DNA of 64,000 bases, from positions 1,568,001-1,632,000 of the forward strand of contig CBDCWG010000012.1 of the NCBI GenBank assembly GCA_965223345.1, in the 5' to 3' direction. This document shows, one piece after another, positions 57,059 through 64,000 of the stretch. Position numbers and translations under genes: made by a program. How positions within the stretch are numbered: the stretch's first letter is position 1; each line of letters opens with the position of its first letter. Source of the stretch: Nitrospinales bacterium. GTDB lineage: Bacteria; Nitrospinota; Nitrospinia; Nitrospinales; VA-1. The notes beneath the pieces are model-generated. The model made no database searches, was not told the DNA's origin, and saw only the letters and a list, made by a program, of their open reading frames with translations.

Positions 57059-58495
57059 ATGAAGTATGCCAAGTTTGGATGGGGTTTTGTCTCGAAAGCG
57101 GCCGCGGCGGTGATCCTGTGGCACACGGCCCTGGCGCCACAAGGGGCCTGGGCGGATAGCTGGTTCTCCGCCATCGGGGAAAAATCCGAGGTGAGCCGCC
57201 TGTCGGACGAGCAGATTCCGTTCGCGGGTGTGGAGGGGCTGCCTCCACGCCCGGGATTGATCTGGGAGTTCGGAGACAATTTCCTCGATTCCGGGAACCT
57301 GTATTCGGGCTTCGAGCTGCCGACCGGTGCGGTCTGGCAGCCGCGCCTGTGGTTGTTCGCCACCCTGCGCACCGCGCTGCAGACCTTCGACGACGGGGTG
57401 AACCCCACCTCGACGGAGTGGGTGAACCGTCTGGATCTGTTCGCCAATCTGCAGCTCACCGGCACCGAAAAGCTGGTTTTCGGCATCCGTCCTTTCGACC
57501 GCAACCGCCCCGACCGCTTCTCGGGCTACCAGTTCGAACCGGATAACGACGACGGCTTTCAGGAGGACCTCAACGCCGATATCCGCACGTTCTTCTTCGA
57601 GGGCGACCTGGGCAGCATGTTCCCCAACCTCGACCGCAACGGCTTCACCGCGCTCGACTACGGTTTTTCAGTAGGGCGGCAACCCCTGCTTTTTCAGGAA
57701 GGGATTCTGATCAACGACACGGTGGACGCCCTGGGGCTGGTGCGCAACAACATCCGCCTTCCCGGTGTCTCCAACCTCAGGGTCTCGTTTGTCTGGGGCT
57801 GGAACGAGCTGGGCCGCAGCGACGCCCGGCTCAGGGACACCACGCACATGTTCGGGCTGTTCAACTCGATGGATCTGAACGTCAGCACCGTGAACATCGA
57901 CATGGCCTACGTTTCCGATTCTAACTCCAGCGTCGGCCAGGACAGCTTCAACATCGGTCTCTCCGCAACCCAGCGCATCGGGCATTTCAACACCACGTTC
58001 CGGGTCAACAGCTCGATCGCCGAAGACGGGGACACGCTGGCGGCGGCGGACGGCACCCTGCTGTCGGCGGAAGTTTCCTGGACGCCGGAATCCTCGGACG
58101 ACATCATCTACATAAACACATTTTACACGATCGAAAACTACACCCAGGTGGGACGCGAACCGGTGGTGGGTGGACCGCTGGGCTCGCTGGGTATTCTGTT
58201 TGCCTCACCGAGCATCGGCAACTTTCTGGCCGAGCTCAATCCGTTTGCCAATGAAGTGGCGGGTGGTGCGCTGGGATACCAGGCGTTCTGGGACAATCAC
58301 AAGCGCAACCTGATTCTGGAAATCGCCGGCCGCCAGGACACCAGCGGCGACAACAATTCCGACTTCGCTGTGGGATTCCAGTTGCAGCAGCAGATCCATC
58401 AACGCATTCAGCTGCAGTTCGACGGCCACTACTCCATCCTGGAAGGCCGGGACAACGGCTACGGCGGCCGAACGGAAATCCTCGTCCAGTTCTGA
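57059..58495 (+). CDS. Putative outer-membrane beta-barrel (porin-like) protein
   Basis: Signal peptide (QGAWA), alternating amphipathic strand pattern, Gly/Asn/Asp/aromatic-rich composition, C-terminal Phe (TEILVQF). Confidence 0.72.
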   Translation: MKYAKFGWGFVSKAAAAVILWHTALAPQGAWADSWFSAIGEKSEVSRLSDEQIPFAGVEGLPPRPGLIWEFGDNFLDSGNLYSGFELPTGAVWQPRLWLFATLRTALQTFDDGVNPTSTEWVNRLDLFANLQLTGTEKLVFGIRPFDRNRPDRFSGYQFEPDNDDGFQEDLNADIRTFFFEGDLGSMFPNLDRNGFTALDYGFSVGRQPLLFQEGILINDTVDALGLVRNNIRLPGVSNLRVSFVWGWNELGRSDARLRDTTHMFGLFNSMDLNVSTVNIDMAYVSDSNSSVGQDSFNIGLSATQRIGHFNTTFRVNSSIAEDGDTLAAADGTLLSAEVSWTPESSDDIIYINTFYTIENYTQVGREPVVGGPLGSLGILFASPSIGNFLAELNPFANEVAGGALGYQAFWDNHKRNLILEIAGRQDTSGDNNSDFAVGFQLQQQIHQRIQLQFDGHYSILEGRDNGYGGRTEILVQF

Positions 58496-58672
58496 TAACC
58501 GCCCTCTGGGCGGTGCCAACCGCAAGCCGGTTTCATTCCGCTTCCCTTTTGAAAAATTTTAGCGAACGACCGAAGATCGCGGCGACGCAGCGGATCAAGC
58601 GTCCGCCGGGATCGGCGTCGCGCCGAAACCCCTGCGCCCGGCGCGGCCAGTCTGGGAAAGCCTTTGAGGCCG

Positions 58673-58720
58673 TGGGGATTTTCTGGCCCCCCGAAAACCG
58701 GGGGCCGAGAAAAATTCCCA
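58673..58720. terminator. Long hairpin between convergent genes
   Basis: TGGGGATTTTCTGGCCCCC...GGGGGCCGAGAAAAATTCCCA. Confidence 0.65.
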
Positions 58721-58840
58721 TGCTGTTGTGCGGATGGTGTTTGTGGTGGTGCGGATGACGAAGGGAGTGGTGTTCGGGTTGGTGCGATCCGGTGTTGTGT
58801 CGAAGGCTGTGTTTACATCAACTTTTCTGTCGTAAAGAAC

Positions 58841-59086
58841 TCAGCCCTCGACAAAGATCCGGGACCGATCCGAAAGTTTGAAACCCAAAGCCAAAAGAAT
58901 TTTGCGTTTGGTGTCCAAGCGGCAATCGTAACCCTTTTCAATCCTGTCGATCGTTTGGACGGTGACTCCGGCTTTGCGCGCCAGCTCCGCTTTGCTCATC
59001 ATTCTCGCTTCGCGTGTTTGCCGGACTTTGTTTTCCTTCTTGACGTCCGAATCGACCCCTACTGCGTTTTTAGAAAGTGTGACCAT
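58841..59086 (-). CDS. Small XRE-family helix-turn-helix protein
   Basis: NKVRQTRE..MMSKAELARKAGVT.QTIDRIEKG; GGAG RBS before ATG 59086. Confidence 0.85.
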   Translation of the reverse strand: MVTLSKNAVGVDSDVKKENKVRQTREARMMSKAELARKAGVTVQTIDRIEKGYDCRLDTKRKILLALGFKLSDRSRIFVEG

Positions 59087-59483
59087 AATTAAAACTCCAA
59101 TATCAATCCCTCCGGAATCCCCTGAGCTTTGATGCTTTTTGTTAATATTATTGAGAAAATTACCCTTAAATTGCAATACCCTAAATGAGGGGTAAATCTA
59201 TCATCGGCAGGGGGAATCCCATCCCGCATCCGGACGGCGAAACCCGCGGAAATTCAACTGAAAAGGAATGAAGGGGGCGGGGCCTCATCCGGCAATCTGC
59301 CGGGTTGCGGGGCACGGCCGGCGTTTGCCCGCAAGAGGCGCCTGAAAAATAATTACAAAAGTACCACTTGTTATACATTTCGATACATCTTCGCGATCCG
59401 GGCCATCGCGGGCGGCGCGGACCCTGTCCTGAAAATCGTTGATATTGGAGTGCTTACTGAAATTCCGGGCGCAAGCTGCGGTT

Positions 59484-59499
59484 TGGCACCCATTCTGCT
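59484..59499 (+). promoter_or_regulatory. Putative sigma54 promoter
   Basis: TGGCACCCATTCTGCT (TGGCAC-N5-CTGC). Confidence 0.6.
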
Positions 59500-59583
59500 T
59501 ATAACAAAGGATATTCCAGCAGTTTTTTCAAACAACGTCACAGCTTGCAAGAAACGCACGAGGCGAGAGGGGTCTGTCGCTGA

Positions 59584-59611
59584 GAAAAAGCCTGAAAAAC
59601 CGGCTTTTTTC
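59584..59611 (+). terminator. Intrinsic terminator-like hairpin
   Basis: GAAAAAGCC/GGCTTTTTTC. Confidence 0.55.
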
Positions 59612-59751
59612 GCTGTAGACCGGTTCGGGAAGGTTTCATTTTTCGACTTCTACCCCAAAGGGGTGAGTTCGGAGTTCCGGCCCGGCCGCAAATTTCGGTT
59701 TGAAAAATCGTACTTTATCGCAGATTCGATAGGGGAAAGAGGTAGAAAATC

Positions 59752-60870
59752 ATGGGAAAAATTCAAATGCGCCACACTCTTTCCGAAAAAGACACCGCGC
59801 AGCTTGAAGAAGTCATCGCCCGCTTGCACACGGCCGAGACCCGCGCGGCTCTCAAGGAAGTGGTTTCCTCGCTGCTGCTGCCGCTGTTGAAAGCCGACTC
59901 CGCGTTGTACGCGTGGACCGACTCCAACCTGCTGCAACCCAAACTCATCGATTGCGTTCACATTCCGGAAAAAGACATCCCGGCGATCAAGAAGTTTGTC
60001 ACGCAGGATCCCATGGCGGGTTACCTGCTGACCCACGAGTCTCCGGTCATCGCGCGCGACATCGCTTTGAACAACAACAATGCCTCGCCGGCGACGGATC
60101 TGTTCACCAAAGGCAAATCCCGCATCAAGAAAGGCTACAGCTATTTCAGCCTGTCGCGGTCGGAAGTCATCACGCTGGCGTTGCGCGATCTGAACCTGGG
60201 CGCCGGCATCCACCGCAAGATCGCCACCGGCAAACCCTGGACGGTGCGGGACGTGCGGCTGATGGAGTTGATCCGCCCGCATTTTCTCATGTGCGTCAAG
60301 TCGATCGTGCTCAGCGAGGAACTGGCCCGGCACCGGTCCATCGTCGATATCCTGGCGGACTCGCCGACGGCGATCGCGCTGGTGGATGGGGACATGCAGA
60401 TCACCTACAGCAACCGCACCTGGAACGAGTCCCTCGTTTACGAATCGGGACAAAAGCTGCCGCAGGATCTGACGGTGCTTTTGATGAAGGAAAAATACAA
60501 GGCGGATCCCATGCTGGATATCGAGCAGCCTGCGGACGAGCCGGCGAACTTTCAGTTTGGCGACCAGGATTATCAATTGAGTTTCACACCGGTCCGCCCG
60601 CACGAAGGGGGCAAAAACGGCGCCTGGCTGCTGCAGCTCAAACCCTGGGTCGAACCCAATTCCAAGCTCGAGGATGTGATGCGCAAGGCGGGACTGACGC
60701 GCCGGGAGCGGGAAGCCTGCGGTTTGATCCGTCAGGGCATCGAGCTGGACGAAATCGCGAAACAGCTTTTTATCAGCCCGCACACGGTGCGGACGCATCT
60801 GAAGCGGATTCATCAGAAACTGGGGGTTCACACCCGCTCGCAGTTGATGGCTGCGTTGAACCCGCGCTGA
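59752..60870 (+). CDS. LuxR-family transcriptional regulator with N-terminal sensory (GAF/PAS-like) region
   Basis: C-terminal GLTRREREAC...EIAKQLFISPHTVRTHLKRIHQKLGV; no receiver motif. Confidence 0.88.
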   Translation: MGKIQMRHTLSEKDTAQLEEVIARLHTAETRAALKEVVSSLLLPLLKADSALYAWTDSNLLQPKLIDCVHIPEKDIPAIKKFVTQDPMAGYLLTHESPVIARDIALNNNNASPATDLFTKGKSRIKKGYSYFSLSRSEVITLALRDLNLGAGIHRKIATGKPWTVRDVRLMELIRPHFLMCVKSIVLSEELARHRSIVDILADSPTAIALVDGDMQITYSNRTWNESLVYESGQKLPQDLTVLLMKEKYKADPMLDIEQPADEPANFQFGDQDYQLSFTPVRPHEGGKNGAWLLQLKPWVEPNSKLEDVMRKAGLTRREREACGLIRQGIELDEIAKQLFISPHTVRTHLKRIHQKLGVHTRSQLMAALNPR

Positions 60871-60931
60871 GGAAAACGGTCACCGAACGAGTCGGCAGTA
60901 TCCACGCTTTACAGAAAGTGAGTGAATTTAC

Positions 60932-63799
60932 ATGTTTACCCCGATTTTGAGTCGCAAGCTGAGTCTGAGCCTTCTGGAGAAAACCTTCGGGCCCGATCAT
61001 CCTAAGGTCGCCGAATCGCTCAACAACCTCGTCAAGTCCTACAAAAACAAAGCGGATTATGAGAAGCTCGAGCCCCTGCTCAAGCGTGCCGTCGAAATGG
61101 CGGAGAAAAACCAGGGGCCCGACCATGCGGACGTGGCGGTGGCGCTCAACGAACTGGCGGAGCTGTACCGCAACACGGGGAATTTCGGCAAAGCGGAGCC
61201 GCTGCTGCAGCGCTCGCTCAAAATCCAGGAAAAAACCCTCGGGCCGGATCATCCGGACGTGGCCACCACACTCAACAATCTGGCGATCCTGTTTGAAGAC
61301 ATGGGCTTTTACTCGAAAGCCTATCCTTTGCTTTTGCAGTCTTTGAAGATCCGCGAAAAATCCCTGCGCCCGGACCACCCGGCGGTGGCCGAGTCTCTCA
61401 ACAACCTGGCGGAGCTGTACTACTACGACATGGGGGATTACGCCAAGGCGGAGCCGCTGCTGTTGCGTTCCCTCAAACTGCGGGAAATGGCCCTGGGGCC
61501 GGATCATCCCGATGTGGCTTCGACGTTGACCAACCTCGCGGTGCTGTACAAGGCCATGCAGGATTACGACAAGGCCGAACCGCTGGTGATGCAGGCGCTG
61601 GGTATCATCGAAAAACAGTCCAACGATCTGGAGGTGGCGGAGGCGCTGAATTTTCTCGGCGACCTGTTGATCGAGAAGCAGGAATATTCCAAGGCGGAGC
61701 CGCACTTTCAGCGCGCGATCAAGATCAAGGAGAAGGTGCTGGGGCCCAACCACGTGGATGTGGCGGCGCTGCTCACGCAACTGGCGGAAGTGTACCGGCT
61801 GCTGGGCACCTTCAAGAAGATGGAGCCGCTGCTCAAGCGGGCGCAGAAACTCTACGAGGACGAGCAGGGCATGGAGCACCCGGATGTGGCGATCGTGCTC
61901 AATCAGCTGGGCGATTTCTACAAGAACCAGCAGGAATACGGGCAGGCGGAACCGCTGTACCTCAGGGCTCTGAAGATCCGGGAAAAATCGCTGTCCCCGG
62001 ACCACCCGGATGTGGCGACGACCGTCAACGGCCTGGCCGGTCTCTACGACGCTCAGGGCAACTCCGCCAAAGCGGAAAAGCTGTATCTGCGCGGGCTGGA
62101 GATCCGTGAAAAAGCCATGGGCCCGCAGCATCCCGACGTGGCCCAGTCGTTGAACAGCCTCGCCGCGCTGTATCAGTCCACCGACGATGCCAGGAAGGCG
62201 GAGCCGATGCTGCGCCGCTCCCTGAATATCTTTGAAAAATCCCTCGGGCCCGACCACCCGTTTGTGGTCGAATCGCTCAACAACCTGGCGGATCTGCACA
62301 AAAAGCTCGGCGATCTCGACAAGGTGGAGCCGCTGCTGCAACGCTCGCTGAAAATCCAGGAAAAAAATCTGGGAGAGGACCACGCCGATGTGGCGCAGAC
62401 CCTGCACAACCTGGCGAGCCTGCACGAGAAAAAAGGCGAGCTCGCCAAGGCGGAACCGTATTTCGTGCGGGCCCTGGCCGTCACCGAGAAAAACGTCGGC
62501 CAGGATCATCCCGACGTGGCCTTCGCGCTGAACCACCTCGCCGGACTCTACAACGCGATGGGCGACTACGGGAAGGTGGAGCCGTTGTACCAGCGGGCGC
62601 TTTCGATCCGCGAACAGGTTCTGGGACCGGATCATCCACACGTTGCCGAATCGCTGTCCAACCTGGCGATGCTGTTCCGCAACAAGGGGGACTATTCCAA
62701 CGCCGAGCCGCTGCTGTTGCGGGCGCTGAAAATCCGGGAAAAAGGTCTGCATCCGGATCACCCGGAGGTGGCGGTCACGCTCAACGAGCTGGCCTACCTT
62801 TACCTCAGCAAGGGCGAGCTGGACATGGGCGAGCCGTTATACCAGCGGGCGCTCAAGATCCGCGAGCAGTCCCTGGGATCCGACCACGCGGATGTGGCGG
62901 TGACGCTGAGTGGGCTGGCGGACCTGTACCGGCTCAAACGGCAGCACGACAAGGCCCAGCCTTTGTATCAGCGGGCGCTTTCGATCCACGAGAAGAACCT
63001 TGGCCCCAACCACCCCGAAGTGGTGCACACGCTCAACAACCTGGTCGAGCTCTTCCAGTCCAAGGGCGACATCGCGAAAACCGAACCGCTGCTCGTGCGC
63101 CTGTTGCAGATCGCCGAGCAGACGCACGGCCCGGACCACATGGATGTGGCGGACGCGCTGTACAACATGGCGCAGTATTACGGCGACATCAAGGACTTCG
63201 CCAAAGCCTATCCGCTGCTGCGCCGGGCGCTGAAAATCAAGGAAACGGCGCTCGGGACCGATCATATCGAAGTGGCGGCGGTGGTGAGCCTGCTGGGCAT
63301 CATGTACCGGGGCATGAACGATTTCAAAAAGGCCGAGCCTTTGTACGTGCGGGCGCAAAAGATCATCGAGAAGAACAAAGGCAAGGACCATCCCGATCTG
63401 GTGGATCTGCTCAACGGCCTGGGCGAGCTGTACTACGAGATGGGGGACTACAAGAAGTCCGAACCGTTGTACCAGCGGGCGCTGGCTATCAAGGAAAACC
63501 ACCTGAGGGAGTTCGAATCGCAGAGCAAAAGCGAGAAAGCCCCGGAGGTGGAGCTGCAGAAAACCATTCAGATCGATTTTACCGCCAACAAGGAACAGCT
63601 TCTGGCCATCCTGCCTGCGCTGGCGGAGCTTGCGGAGCGGTCCGACGACAAGAAGATCAGCTTCAAGCTGGGCGCCCAATGCGAAAACGGGTTCGACCCT
63701 TCCTGGCTGTCTTCCGACATTCAGGAGCCGCTGCTGACCGCGAAGGTCGAGTACGAACTCAAAAACCAGACGGCCAGCGGCAAGAAGAAAAAGAAGTGA
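60932..63799 (+). CDS. Kinesin-light-chain-type TPR repeat protein (about 20 42-aa repeats) with a distinct C-terminal domain
   Basis: Recurrent AEPLxxRALxIxEKxLGPDHPDVAxxLNNLAxLY. Confidence 0.92.
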   Translation: MFTPILSRKLSLSLLEKTFGPDHPKVAESLNNLVKSYKNKADYEKLEPLLKRAVEMAEKNQGPDHADVAVALNELAELYRNTGNFGKAEPLLQRSLKIQEKTLGPDHPDVATTLNNLAILFEDMGFYSKAYPLLLQSLKIREKSLRPDHPAVAESLNNLAELYYYDMGDYAKAEPLLLRSLKLREMALGPDHPDVASTLTNLAVLYKAMQDYDKAEPLVMQALGIIEKQSNDLEVAEALNFLGDLLIEKQEYSKAEPHFQRAIKIKEKVLGPNHVDVAALLTQLAEVYRLLGTFKKMEPLLKRAQKLYEDEQGMEHPDVAIVLNQLGDFYKNQQEYGQAEPLYLRALKIREKSLSPDHPDVATTVNGLAGLYDAQGNSAKAEKLYLRGLEIREKAMGPQHPDVAQSLNSLAALYQSTDDARKAEPMLRRSLNIFEKSLGPDHPFVVESLNNLADLHKKLGDLDKVEPLLQRSLKIQEKNLGEDHADVAQTLHNLASLHEKKGELAKAEPYFVRALAVTEKNVGQDHPDVAFALNHLAGLYNAMGDYGKVEPLYQRALSIREQVLGPDHPHVAESLSNLAMLFRNKGDYSNAEPLLLRALKIREKGLHPDHPEVAVTLNELAYLYLSKGELDMGEPLYQRALKIREQSLGSDHADVAVTLSGLADLYRLKRQHDKAQPLYQRALSIHEKNLGPNHPEVVHTLNNLVELFQSKGDIAKTEPLLVRLLQIAEQTHGPDHMDVADALYNMAQYYGDIKDFAKAYPLLRRALKIKETALGTDHIEVAAVVSLLGIMYRGMNDFKKAEPLYVRAQKIIEKNKGKDHPDLVDLLNGLGELYYEMGDYKKSEPLYQRALAIKENHLREFESQSKSEKAPEVELQKTIQIDFTANKEQLLAILPALAELAERSDDKKISFKLGAQCENGFDPSWLSSDIQEPLLTAKVEYELKNQTASGKKKKK

Positions 63800-63855
63800 G
63801 CCTCTGGTTGCCGTTCAAGCTGGAATCCCCTTCACAATTTCGCGAGGAATTTTCT

Positions 63856-64000
63856 ATGAAATCCACAAATCGTGTGCGAATGATCTCTGTTGCCCTGGCG
63901 TTCGGATTCTTCATGACCTTTCCGCAACTCAGCATCACCTCCGCTGAAGCGCAGTGGAGCCGCTCGGGCAAAGCCGATGTGTTCGCGTTTTACCGCCACG
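63856..64000 (+). CDS. Exported protein, 5' part only
   Basis: GAGGA RBS; MKSTNRVRMISVALAFGFFMTFPQLSITSAEA signal peptide; open to the window end. Confidence 0.65.
   Translation, partial: MKSTNRVRMISVALAFGFFMTFPQLSITSAEAQWSRSGKADVFAFYRH

Noticed and set aside
60932..63500. 126-bp periodic DNA repeats
   Set aside because: Fully explained by the 42-aa TPR coding repeats.

Overview
GC-rich bacterial chromosomal window with no rRNA, tRNA, CRISPR array, integrase or transposase that I can see. Gene content and style suggest a Nitrospina-like (Nitrospinota) or deltaproteobacteria-like organism; this is inference only. It carries housekeeping genes (glnS, glgP, sodC, a partial GH94 phosphorylase, a Kef-type antiporter, a Na+/solute symporter) and many signalling genes (a YfiR/histidine kinase/NarL module, a TonB-dependent receptor, paralogous single-domain receivers). 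There are also a few AT-richer accessory islets. The most striking region is a divergent seven-gene redox locus at 46777-58495. It encodes a putative outer-membrane beta-barrel, a pentaheme lipoprotein, a periplasmic tetraheme c554-like cytochrome, a membrane-anchored decaheme cytochrome with a Cys-rich N-terminal repeat, a di-heme-b-like membrane protein, a cyclic-nucleotide-binding/4x[4Fe-4S] fusion and a membrane-anchored FAD/NAD(P)H-[2Fe-2S] reductase. Both arms have sigma54-type promoters, and a large structured non-coding segment lies between them. My hypothesis is a cyclic-nucleotide-gated electron conduit from cytoplasmic NAD(P)H to the cell surface. Other items of interest: candidate structured or small RNAs, an 82-bp tandem repeat that creates overlapping Cys-containing mini-ORFs ahead of ychJ, and several local domain duplications. 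All calls come from reading motifs by eye; no searches were run.
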